Below are positions 26,527 through 38,358 of a DNA stretch of 64,000 bases, one piece after another. Source of the stretch: Lama guanicoe (taxonomy: Eukaryota). Numbering within the stretch: position 1 is the stretch's first letter; the number at the start of each line of letters is the position of its first letter. The stretch is taken from positions 248,001 through 312,000 of the forward strand of contig MU053810.1 of NCBI GenBank assembly GCA_013239625.1, in the 5' to 3' direction. Position numbers and translations under genes: made by a program. A model generated the notes under the pieces. It saw only the letters and a program-made list of their open reading frames with translations. It was not told the DNA's origin and did no database searches.

Positions 26527-27334
26527 AACCCAGTCCCTCCGGGGGACCTTCCCGCAGCTCCCCGCCCCTGGCAGGCTCACGGCCACCAGCCCCACTCCGA
26601 CGTCTTCCTCATGCCTCCAACTCTGGGTCAGTGGATTCTCCCCAGGGGCAGTCCCCGTGCACCTTCTGTGCTGGGGGCCTGGAACCAGGTGGCACCTGCA
26701 AGGGCAGGCTTTCCACTGTCCAGAGACGTGAACTTGTGAGTCGCAGGTAGGTTAAAATCAGAAAAGTCAAAATCGGCGACGGAAGGGGTCGCAAAGCTTA
26801 ATAAGATGAGGTTGGGCCCTGTTCACTACGGTCCAGAAAAGAAATGCTTTGAGCCTCTAACGGTCACAGGAACAGAACATTCTGTCCTGAAAGAAAAACA
26901 CACGTCACTCGAATGAACAACACCTGATGTCCTCCTCACCAGGGGAAAGGAGCATGTCCCTGTCGGAGCTCCCGGGGGGCACCGCGGGTGGCCACAGCCC
27001 TCCTGGAGGCCATGACGACCTCGGCTTCAGGGAGGAGTTCGGAGATTGTCCGCACAAGCTCCAGTCAGAGCTACTGGCGCCACGTGGAAAGCCAGACAGG
27101 AAATGTTCCTTTGCCACCCTGAGGAGCCTTTGGTTACATTTTTGTTTTCCCCCTTACTGAAAGAAAAATCCAGCATTCTTATCAAAATGTGCTATTGAAA
27201 AGTAAAGAGTAATCAGCTAATAGCAAATGCTCTGCTGAAAATGATGCAGCAGGCTCGGCCCTCCTGGGACCCTAATTTTCTCACGGAAAGTGAATGGGAC
27301 TCCAGAACCCGGGGGCCTGTAAAGTGCAACCAAC

Positions 27335-27660
27335 TTTTGGAAAATTAATCTGACAATATCTATTAAAATGGAAAACATACACACCTCTGATCCACGGCAC
27401 CCACTTGGGGGAATTCTCTATGGAAATAAAAGGGCCCAGTGAGAAAGCACACTCGGGGGAGGAGGTTTGTCAAAGCATGATGTGCAGAGGCAAAACCTAA
27501 ATGAAGAGAAATAAATATACAGAAAAAGCCGGAAGTCCATCAACAGGGAAGTAGTTCAATATGTTATGATATATTCATATTATAGAACCTGATGCAGATG
27601 TTATTAAGAAGAATGAATGTGGGACTTTTCATTAGGCACAGCAGAAAGATAGAGATTAGG
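27335..27660 (+). mobile_element. Very old L1 (L1ME-like) fragment
   Basis: aacttttggaaaattaatctgacaatatctattaaaatggaaaacatacacacctctgatcc. Confidence 0.55.
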
Positions 27661-28061
27661 AGAAGAAATGATTTATCAGGACAGGTCACTAACCCTGTGA
27701 CAGCAGAGGAGCAGAGGGACAAGCTGTAACTAACCTGACAGATCAGAAGACTTTGCAAAGCCTAAGCCTGAGGGTGGCATGGGGGTGGGGGGTGGAAAGC
27801 AAATAAAAGCCAGGCTGGCTGGCATCACTGAGCCCCACGAGGTTTGGGAACTGCAGATGCTGGAGCTGATCAGACCCCCAGATTCTCTCTCCTGCCCTAG
27901 AGCAAACCCAGGGAGAAAGCCCAGATTCCCGCTCCAGAGAGACTGAGTCGGATGGCGCTGAGGGGCAGCAGAAACGCTTCAGAGAAGACAGGTAACTGAA
28001 CCAAGTCCCTGGAGAGCTCAGTTCCATAACGCTGGCAGCCAGCCTCTGTCCCCACCAAACA

Positions 28062-28980
28062 AAAGACACATGACATTTTATAGCAGCTTGATCCATAATT
28101 GCTAAACCAGGAAGTAACTAAGATGTCCCTCAAACAGATACATGGATAAGCAAACTGTGGGATGTTCAGACAATGCAATGTTATTCCGCACTGACAAGAA
28201 ATGAGCTCTCAAGCCACAAAAAGACATGGAGAAACTTTAACTGCATATTGCTAAGCAAAAAGCAAATCCGAAAAGGTGACATCCTGTATAATTCCAACTC
28301 TATGACATTCTGGAAAAGGCAAAACTATGGAGACAGTAAAAAGATCATTGATTGCTGGGTTAGGGGTGGAGAGGGAAAGGGAGTAAGGAGGGAGGGAGGG
28401 ATGAAAAGGTGGGGAACAGGGGATTTTTAAGGCAGTTAACTATTCTATACGATTCTGTGACGATGGCTACATGTCATTACACATCTGTTAAAATCCACAG
28501 AATGTGCAACACAAAGAGTAAACCCTGACATCAACTATGGACTTCAGCTAATAATAATGCACCAATATCGACTTATCAATTGTAGCAAATATATCACACT
28601 GACACAAGATGTTAGTAATAGAGGAAACTGAGGGTAAGAGTGTATGGGAACGCTCTGTACTTAATTTTTCTGAAAATCTAAAGCAGCTTAAACCAATAAA
28701 TTTGGTTACTTGAAAAAAAACTACAATGAGTCACGCCTACACGTGCACTAAAATGCTTAAATTAAAAAATACTGACACACCAAAGATTGACAAGCAGCTG
28801 AAATTCTCTTACATTACTGGACAGAATGAAAATGGTACAACCACTCTGGAAAACAGTTAAACACACTACCTACCAAGTTACCCAGCAATGCCCCTCTTAG
28901 ATATTTACCCAAGAGAAACAAAGACATACATCTACACAAAGACTTGAATACAAGTGTTGATAACAGCTTTAACGTAATAG
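28062..28980 (+). mobile_element. Old L1 3' regions (L1MC-like to ~28720, then an older L1 fragment)
   Basis: ctatgacattctggaaaaggcaaaactatggagacagtaaaaagatc...aactatggacttcagctaataataatg. Confidence 0.75.
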
Positions 28981-29080
28981 CGAGCACATGTGTGTTTGCA
29001 GGGTTAGACTAAAAAGACCAAATCCTCTAGTTAGTACAACATCAAGAGATGATGTTCTGAAACAAGAAATAGTAGAAACA

Positions 29081-29385
29081 ACAGATTGTGTTTTGAAACC
29101 TCCATCAGAATCACTGCCTGCAGAAATGACCTTTTGAAAGACTATTAATAATCTGAAGTATTGTAAAGCATAGTTGCATTTTAGTTGCTATTCTTTCTTC
29201 CTTTCTTTATTTTACCCTAACCCTAACCCTCTTAGTTGCTATTCTTTAAATTTATATTTAATGATGATTTAATTCTCACCTTAATAAATAGAATTTATAA
29301 TTCACGTTAGCATAGTATAAGCTCTTAAAAGTCCTGTAGTAAAGAAACCTATTAAATTCTGTTTATTCCACCCTCCCCCCAAAAA
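29081..29385 (+). pseudogene. Orphan retroposed 3'UTR-like fragment, source unknown
   Basis: Perfect 17-bp TSD AAGAAATAGTAGAAACA (29064-29080 and 29386-29402); ATTAAA at 29351-29356; short A tail; not recognised as a repeat. Confidence 0.6.
29197..29231 (-). repeat. Interstitial telomeric repeat with A-rich tail and 16-bp TSD
   Basis: Minus strand G-AGGGTTAGGGTTAGGGT-AAAATAAAGAAAGGAAG; TSD TTAGTTGCTATTCTTT at 29181-29196 and 29232-29247. Confidence 0.8.
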
Positions 29386-29423
29386 AAGAAATAGTAGAAA
29401 CATTTTGTTTAGAAACCTGGAGA

Positions 29424-29579
29424 GGAAATATACACAAAATGTTATGATAACTCAGAGAGAAAAAAATGTGACAATGAGTGTGTGTATGTCCATGAATGAC
29501 TGAAAAATTGTGCTGAACACTGGAATTTGACACAACATTGTAAAATGATTATAAATCAATAAAAAATGTTAAAAAAAAA
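29424..29579 (+). mobile_element. Young 5'-truncated L1 3' end (L1_Vpa-like)
   Basis: gaatgactgaaaaattgtgctgaacactggaatttgacacaacattgtaaaatg...aataaa and poly(A); perfect 13-bp TSD AGAAACCTGGAGA (29411-29423 and 29580-29592). Confidence 0.85.
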
Positions 29580-30094
29580 AGAAACCTGGAGATAAATACC
29601 AGAAGAAATAGTTTAAAATCTATCCCCTTGGGGAGAGAAAATCAAAAGAAAGGGAGGAAAATGACAAATTACTATGATTATTCATTTTAAATCTAGTCTT
29701 ACTATTTGATTTTTTCTTACCATTTCATTTTTAAAGCTATGTATCCTGCTTTGATAAAAGTAACATTAAATTCAAAAATAATGTAAAGACACACACAAAC
29801 ATTCATTTTGTACTGTGAAGTGCAGAAAGCTACTTTTGGTTTAATATGAATATGACGTAGCTTTCACTTAAAATGGAATAAAAACAAAAAATAACAGATA
29901 TATATATGAATTTATGCTTAGAAGAAAGGTAAACAGCAAAATTTTAATATGTGCTATCTCAGAGTGGAGAAATTAAAGATTATTAAGGTAGTGTCATAAA
30001 TTACTAGCTTTTTCCATATGTTTCTCTGTCACTTGACCAGATACAATGAATACATATTAATTTCCTACTAAAATCAAGAAGAAGAGCAAAGGTT

Positions 30095-31583
30095 GAATAC
30101 AAGGGATTAGATCAATGGAGAAAAGAGAATGCAAAAATAAATTCACCTATCTATGCCCAACAGATTTCTGGACAAAGGTGCAAAGCAATTCAATGGAGAA
30201 AGACAGTCATCTAAACACAAGGTACTGGAGTAATTAAAGCAAAAGGCAAAAAAAGAAAAAAAAAAAAGCAAAAGGCAACAACAACGAAGTGAATCTCAAC
30301 CTGGGTCTCAACCTTGTATAAAAATTAACTCAGAATGGATCCTGCAGTTAAATGTAAAAGTTAAAATTATCAAACTTTAAGGGGAAAAAAGAGAAAATCT
30401 TCAGGATCTAAAAAGAGGCAAAGAGTTATTAGATGGGACACCAAAAGCACACTCTTTAAACAAACAAAAAAATAAATTAGACTTTATCAAAATTTTAAAT
30501 TTTGCTCCATGACAGACCTGTTAAGAGGATGAAAAGACAAAAAGAGTGGGATAAAATATTTGCAACCCACTTACCCAGCAAAGGATTACTATTGGAACTA
30601 TATTGAATTTTCAAAACTTAGCAGTAAAAAAGCTACCAATCCAAATAGAACATGGGAAAAAGACATAAAGAAACATTTCACCAAAGAAGCTAACAGATGG
30701 CAAATAAGCACATGAAGAGATGTTTCACATTATTGGTCGTTAGGGAAATGCAAATTAAAACTACAATAAGACACAGCTACACATCTATCAGAATGGCTAA
30801 AATAAAAAACAGTGACAACACTGAATGCTGGCAGTAATGTGGAGAAACTCATTTGTTGCTGGTGGGAATGTAAAATGGTAGCTTCTCTGGAAAACAGTTT
30901 GACAGGTTCTCAAAAAACTAAGTGGATAATCATCATACAATCTAGCAATTGAACTCATGGGCATTTATCTCAGAGAAATAAAAATCTATGTCTACTCAAA
31001 AACCTGCTCATGGACATTCAAGCAGCTTTATTTTTAATAGGTTAAAAACTGAAAACAACCCAAATGTCCTTCAACTGTAATGATTAAACAAACTCTGGTA
31101 CACCCATACCATGGGATACACAGCAATAAAACAGAAAGGACTCCTGGTACACGTGACAACCTGGAAGAACTTCCAGGGAATGTTGAGTGACTGTGAAAAT
31201 CCCCAAAGGTAACATATGTATAACATTATGATGTTATTTTACATGTATAAGTACATGTTAATTACAGGTATAATTTATATAACATCCTTGACATGATAAA
31301 ACCATGGAAATGGGGAACAGATAACAGGTTGCCAGGAGTCAAGGAAGAGGTGGGAGCAGAGGGAAGAGGATGAGTTACAAAAGGGCAGCAGAAGGGATCC
31401 CGGAACCCTTCCATATCTTGACTGTATCAATGTTAATACCCTGGCTATGATATGTTACTACACTTTTGCAAGATGTTACCACTAGGGGGAAAGTGGGTAA
31501 AGGACATGTGGTATCTCTTTGTATCATTTCCTACAATTGCATATGAATCTATAATCATTTCAAAAAAAAAAGTTTAATTTTTT
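30095..31583 (+). mobile_element. Old L1 (L1MD-like): degenerate ORF2 3' part and 3'UTR
   Basis: gacaaaggtgcaaagcaattcaatggagaaag...agggaaatgcaaattaaaac...tatcttgactgtatcaatg...ttttgcaagatgttacc. Confidence 0.8.
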
Positions 31584-31869
31584 AAACATCCAGCTCTGTG
31601 TGGATTTGGTCAAGTTACTCATCCTCTCTACACCTTAGTCTCCTTGGGAGCAAAAGAGGAACTACAATGCCAACCTCATAAGATTATTGTGAGGTTGAAG
31701 AGTTTACTAGACATTAGGCACTCAGACACAGTTCAGCAGATATTACTGAAACAAAAGTAGTCATTATTATTTCAATCAATAGTTCCGAAGTATTTATGGA
31801 GTACCTGCTATATGCCAAGACTCCATGGCTTCTTTAAAAATCAACATCTCATCTAAGGAGGGAGTACCA

Positions 31870-32060
31870 CCCAGGCGTGAGAGCACAGACTTTGCACTAA
31901 GAGAGAGACCGGGATTTAAACCCCAGCGCCGCCACCATCCATGAGTGCGTCCTTGGGTAATTTAGTTAACCACTCACAGCCACAGGGCTAGGAGGACTAT
32001 GAGGATCTGTGGAAGGGCCTGGCATGCAGCAAATGATGATAAGTGATAACTGTTCTTATT
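31870..32060 (+). mobile_element. MIR SINE
   Basis: gagcacagactttgc...tttaaaccccagc...ccttgggtaatttagttaacc. Confidence 0.55.
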
Positions 32061-32424
32061 ACTACTTACATGTCCTTTTATCATTACTTTCTTAGCACAT
32101 GAATTTTAAACTTCTTAACAGAATGCCCTGTTTCTCCTGCATGAATCCCCTTTCAACACCAACAGAATGATACACACACAGGAAGTGCTCAGTAAGTACT
32201 CACTAAAAAATATAATCATCAGGCAGAACTTAATGAAATTAAATATCTGTGTGTCTTCTTCTAAATATCAGGACCCAGGAAATGTCCCCCAACTCAACAA
32301 AGGGACATGAAGAAGGGCGTGTATTGTGAAACCCTTTATGGAGGCAGGAAAGCAGGACCCCAGACATCCATCGCCAGAGAGATGGAGAGTAGAATGGGGC
32401 AGAAGCAGCTGAAAACAATGGTCT

Positions 32425-34470
32425 AGACATACAGACGGCCAACAGGCACATGGAAAGAGGCTCAGTATCACTAATTATCAGAGAAATGCCAATCAAAATT
32501 ACAATAAGGTGTATCACCTCACACTGCTCAGAATGGCCATCATTCAAAAGTCCACAAACAATAAATACTAGAGAAGGTGTGGAGAAAAGGGAATCCTCCT
32601 ACATTGCTGATGAGAATGTAATTTGGTGCAGCCACTATGGAGAACAGTATGGAGATTCCTTAAAAACTAAAAATAGACTTTAACATATGATCCAGCAATG
32701 CCACTGCTGGGCATGTATCTGGAGAATGCTCCAATTCAAAAAGATACATGCACCCAATGTTCATAGCAGTGCTATTTACAATAGTCAAGAAATGGAAGCA
32801 ACTTAAATGTCCATCGACAGATGACTGGATAAAGAGAATTATTTCATCCCTCTTGAATCTCCCCTCATCCTAGAGCCCGAGACTCTCTGCTGACTTTTCT
32901 TTTGTTTCTGAGCACATTTTCCCAGGTTCTCCAAGATTGCCTTCCCCCACTGGGCCCTGAAATGTTGGTGTTCCCACAGTTCTCTCCCTGGTCATTGCAG
33001 TGTGCCCTGTAAGATCACTGCTTCCTCCAGGAAGACTTCCCTAACTGTGCCCATTTCTAGAATACCTCCATCCTCTCCTCCACCACAGATGAATGTCTGT
33101 CTACTTGTGTGACCCCTCTGCTATAGGGTAAGGACCTGGAAGACTAGGACTTGGAACTGCAACAATGACATTAATGACAATAATGACAGACAGCTGTTAC
33201 TGGCACTCGCGCTCCACCAGGCACCATCCCCAGTGCTTTGCAAAGATCGTTCCATTTGCTCTTTACACCAACCCTATGATTTCTCCCATGAGACAATGGA
33301 AATTTATAGAGTTGAAATAACTTGCTGATGATTACACAGACTGATGCGAACCTTGAAGGGCAGGCGTTGAAGCCAATGACCTTAACCATGGCCCCACAGG
33401 AGCTCTTCCCATTGACCCAGCCCAAGAATTTGATTCAACATATATATGAAGGTAAAAGAGAGGAACAGAGAGGCAGGGGATCTTGTAAAAGTAAATGTCC
33501 TGTAATTTCAACACAACTTCTTGTTCATAACACTGTTGAATAAATGAAACAGTTCCCAATTCCAATGTACTTAGTTCTTTACAACTGCCGTTTTTTCACG
33601 CTGATGGGGCTGGATTTTTGCAGAGTAAAACGCAACCTATGGTTCCTTCTCACCATCAGCCTAATGAAAGTATCAATGCAGCATAGAAGAAGGAAAAAAT
33701 GCTACTTAAAAATGCAACAATCTTAAATCTCTCCATGCAAACAGCAAAACATTGTACACCATGTAAATCTGCTATGAATTCCATTGGTCCATGGGTATCT
33801 ATACAGTTTCTCAAGTGGGTCTGTTTTGTTATTGAATCTCAGGTTCCCCCCTCCACCAAAAAAAATTAAAAGTGTCTTCTGGGTTTGAACTCGTTAGCTT
33901 TAAATGTAAAAGCATCCTTGTGACATGCATATGTGTGCGCGTGCACAAAGCAACTTAAATGTCCATCGACAGATGACTGGATAAAGAGGTTGTGGTAAAA
34001 ATACACAATGGAATACTATTCGGCCATAAAAAAGATGAAATAATGCCATTTGTAGCCACATGGATGGTCCTAGAGAATATTAAACTAAGTGAAGTAAACA
34101 GAGAAAGACAAATATCACATGAAATTTAAAAAATGACACAAATAAACTTATTTATTTCTTATAAACATAAAGAGACCCAAAGACATAGAAAACAGACTTA
34201 CAGTTACCAAAGGGGAAGGTGGAGGGGGAAGGATAAATAGGGACTTTGAGATTAGCAGACAAACTACTATATACAGACTAGCTAAACAAGGTCCTACAGT
34301 AGAGCACAGGGAACTATATTTGATAACCTGTAATAACCTATAATGGAAAAGAACATGAAAAAGAATATACATGTTTGACTGAATCACTATGCTGTACACC
34401 AGAAGCTAACACAACATTGTAAATCAGCTATACTTCAAGTAAAAAGAAGATAAATAAATAAAAAAAACAA
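32425..34470 (+). mobile_element. L1 (ORF2 C-terminal region and 3'UTR) split by a 1.1-kb non-L1 insertion at 32837-33947
   Basis: ORF 32450-32683 (SLIIREMPIKITIR..GVEKRES) resembles the L1 ORF2 C-terminus; L1 resumes at 33948 and ends with poly(A) at ~34440-34470. Confidence 0.85.
32837..33946 (+). repeat. 1,110-bp direct duplication, derived copy
   Basis: Matches 36150-37259 at constant offset 3313; only two substitutions noticed (33246 A/36559 G; 33632 G/36945 A); the ORF track repeats the same peptides. Confidence 0.95.
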
Positions 34471-36149
34471 AAACAATGAATTAGAATGAAATATAGCAGC
34501 ATGGCCAGGTGTTTGAAACATTGTGAACTACAAATGGTAAAAAAAAAAAAAGGACTCTATAGACAAATACCATTCACATAAATTAAAAACAAAACCTCAC
34601 ACACCCACACACGTGCTACAAAATGACAAATTCTAGGAGGCGCCCATAATATTGAAAGAGATACATCAAATCTGTTAGGGTCCAATAGTCTGCCCTAGAC
34701 CTTGTTGGAGAGGCAGGAGTCGAAAAGTTTGAATTGTCATTTCAAAATAAATATAGATCAACTGCTCTCATCTAATGATTGATGTTACACAACAAAATCA
34801 ATGGTTTGAAAAACACACATTCCAGTCCGTTCCATTTCCAAAAGGCACAATCAGGATTTCAAGGATTTTGCCAGTGGGAAACATTTCAGCATCACTAGTA
34901 TTTTTGTCTCTTGTGTCTTTTGGGAACGTTCAACATTTTGATCACTGGTGAATCAGAGACACCCAGACGGGAGAAATAAAATGCCACAGCAGATAGCTAA
35001 GCAGCGCAGGAAGGCTGAAGCAAGGGTGTGCTAGCCCCTTGGGGCTCCTGACATGTGGTCTCCAGGGTCAGAACCCAGATGCAGGTGGGACAGAAAATCA
35101 CTTCTTTCCTTGAGGCTAATAAACAGCTTTTGCAAGAGCAGGAAACACAGATGGCTGTGCCGGGGGAGTTCCTCATCTTCGGTCATCTCAGCACCCGTGT
35201 CCGCCTGCCATGATGCTTCTCCCACTCCAGCAGATGCTAATTAATATATTCAGGAGGGAAAAAAGGATAATATTTCACATAAATGATGCCAACGTAAACA
35301 CTGGGGATTTCTGGACAGGTGGGACTGGGAGTGTGTTTCCTCTTTTTTGCTTACGCTTTTCCTACTTTGCCTTCTATGAGCACAGACTGCTTTGGCCATT
35401 ATGAAAAAATAAAACATTTCCAAAAAATAATAGCACCAGGCTTAGTCAGAAGGCTTTAAAAATCATGCTTTCTTTGGTGCACTAATAACTTCACTGCAAA
35501 GTAGAAATGTATTTTCAACTAATACGTTTATTCCAAAGCCATCTGGCTACACGTTGTCCTTGAGGAAAACTACCAGTCACCTCGCTTCCGAGAGGCTCGC
35601 GGTGCAATGCCTAGGTGACTAGTGCATGGCGTGAACTCCTGTGACCAAACAGGGAAGATATGGAGAAAACAATAATCCCAAAGCTACATTTCCAGCCACC
35701 CCCACCCCTAAACACCCATTCCCTTTACTTAATTAGAGGATTAAATGAGCTAAAGTGAGTACAGGGTTTAGACACTTCCAGTGCCCTGTATTAAAACATC
35801 AGGTCAATTGGACTGCATATTTTCATTTAAGTAAGAAAAGTCTACTTGAGAAACCAGGTTAAGATCAAAAGGTTGCTTTCTGAGCCCAAGGTCATCCATC
35901 TAAATGGTCAAGTAGAGAAAGACCTTAGGGTGGTGGCTTTCCATCAGCCATGTTGGGAGTATTCACACCAGAGAAATGGGTAGAAGCTACAGGAGAGCCA
36001 GCTGTTAAACACTGGCTCACGTACCACTGGGCTGCTTCCCCACCGGTGCTGAAATGGACCTTATGGAAGCCAAATGGCGTTGTTGTCCCTAAATCCAATG
36101 GACACTGTCTAGTTGTATTTTTCTTGAACTCTCCAATGTGTTGACAGTC

Positions 36150-37259
36150 AATTATTTCATCCCTCTTGAATCTCCCCTCATCCTAGAGCCCGAGACTCTC
36201 TGCTGACTTTTCTTTTGTTTCTGAGCACATTTTCCCAGGTTCTCCAAGATTGCCTTCCCCCACTGGGCCCTGAAATGTTGGTGTTCCCACAGTTCTCTCC
36301 CTGGTCATTGCAGTGTGCCCTGTAAGATCACTGCTTCCTCCAGGAAGACTTCCCTAACTGTGCCCATTTCTAGAATACCTCCATCCTCTCCTCCACCACA
36401 GATGAATGTCTGTCTACTTGTGTGACCCCTCTGCTATAGGGTAAGGACCTGGAAGACTAGGACTTGGAACTGCAACAATGACATTAATGACAATAATGAC
36501 AGACAGCTGTTACTGGCACTCGCGCTCCACCAGGCACCATCCCCAGTGCTTTGCAAAGGTCGTTCCATTTGCTCTTTACACCAACCCTATGATTTCTCCC
36601 ATGAGACAATGGAAATTTATAGAGTTGAAATAACTTGCTGATGATTACACAGACTGATGCGAACCTTGAAGGGCAGGCGTTGAAGCCAATGACCTTAACC
36701 ATGGCCCCACAGGAGCTCTTCCCATTGACCCAGCCCAAGAATTTGATTCAACATATATATGAAGGTAAAAGAGAGGAACAGAGAGGCAGGGGATCTTGTA
36801 AAAGTAAATGTCCTGTAATTTCAACACAACTTCTTGTTCATAACACTGTTGAATAAATGAAACAGTTCCCAATTCCAATGTACTTAGTTCTTTACAACTG
36901 CCGTTTTTTCACGCTGATGGGGCTGGATTTTTGCAGAGTAAAACACAACCTATGGTTCCTTCTCACCATCAGCCTAATGAAAGTATCAATGCAGCATAGA
37001 AGAAGGAAAAAATGCTACTTAAAAATGCAACAATCTTAAATCTCTCCATGCAAACAGCAAAACATTGTACACCATGTAAATCTGCTATGAATTCCATTGG
37101 TCCATGGGTATCTATACAGTTTCTCAAGTGGGTCTGTTTTGTTATTGAATCTCAGGTTCCCCCCTCCACCAAAAAAAATTAAAAGTGTCTTCTGGGTTTG
37201 AACTCGTTAGCTTTAAATGTAAAAGCATCCTTGTGACATGCATATGTGTGCGCGTGCAC
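36150..37259 (+). repeat. 1,110-bp direct duplication, probable donor copy (L2, MIR and unique sequence)
   Basis: L2-like sequence from ~36080 runs continuously across its left edge; its right edge lies within the 5' end of the next L1. Confidence 0.9.
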
Positions 37260-37755
37260 GCACGCGCACGTGCGCGCACACACGCACTGGAATATTACTC
37301 AGCCACAAAAAAGAATGAAATAATGCCATGTGCAGCAACATGGATGGACCTAGAAATTATCATATTGAGTGAAGTAAGTCAGAGAAAGACAAATATCATA
37401 TGATAGCCACTTGTATGTGGAATCTGAAAAAAAAAGATACACGTTCTACTTATAAACCAAAAACAGACTCTCAGACATAGAAAACAAACTATGGTTACCA
37501 AAGAGGAAAAGGTGGAAAGGGATAAATTAGGGGTTGGGGGTTAACAGACACACATGACTATATACAAAATAGATAAACCATAAGAACCTACTGTGTAGCA
37601 CAGGGAATTATATTCAATATCATATAATAACCTATAATGGAAAAGAATCTGAAAAGAAAATATATATATATGTATATGTATAACTGAATCGTTTTACTGT
37701 ACACCTGAAACTAACATTGTAAATCAACTGCACTTCAAAAAAAATTTTTTTTAAA
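37236..37755 (+). mobile_element. 5'-truncated L1 3' end
   Basis: tggaatattactcagccacaaaaaagaatgaaataatgcc...aacattgtaaatcaactgcacttc; TSD GTAAAAGCAT(CC/TT)TTGTG at 37219-37235 and 37756-37772. Confidence 0.85.
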
Positions 37756-38172
37756 GTAAAAGCATTTTTGTGTTTGGGTACGGAAGTGCCACCGGATCAA
37801 TTTGCAAAGCTGGGACTTACTGCAGATCCTCGCAGTAAGGAAAGGGTGCTAGATGCTTGCTTGAAGGGTCGTGCCATGTGTCTGTGACTAAGGCGGCGCG
37901 TGCCCAGGGATGCTAAGAGAACTCAAGTAGTCCAGGGAGCTGTTCCTGGGAAATTAACACACCACTAAATGGCCCAGGAGGCTTTCCAAACCCCTCTCAT
38001 TACAAACCCCACAACACCTCTCAAGAGCAATTTTCCCTTTACAGGGATGCTGCGGGAAAGTTATTAGAATGTGTACAGGCAGCCCCAGAGTCTCCTCACT
38101 AGTGGAGGGAAAGGGACATGCAGGGGATAGGTTTTCCTGGAAAACCTTTAAGCTTTAAAGCCCAGGAAGAAA

Positions 38173-38358
38173 AGGGGGGTGGGGAGGAAGGGAAGGAGGG
38201 AAGAAAGAGGGACAGATAGAGACAGGGAGGGAAGAAAGGAAGGGAGGGAGGGAGGGAGGAAGGAAGAGAAGAAGGAAGGGAGGAAAGGAAGGAAAGAAAA
38301 GAAGGAAGGAAGGACGGAAGGAAGGAGGGAAGGAGGGAAGGAGGGAAGGAAGGAAGGA
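38173..38358. repeat. GA-rich (GGAA/GGGA)n low-complexity tract
   Basis: Direct reading; explains ORFs 38099-38416 and 38179-38466. Confidence 0.9.

Noticed and set aside
33171..37039. Pairs of identical ORFs suggesting a duplicated gene
   Set aside because: By-products of the 1.1-kb duplication over L2, MIR and unique non-coding sequence.
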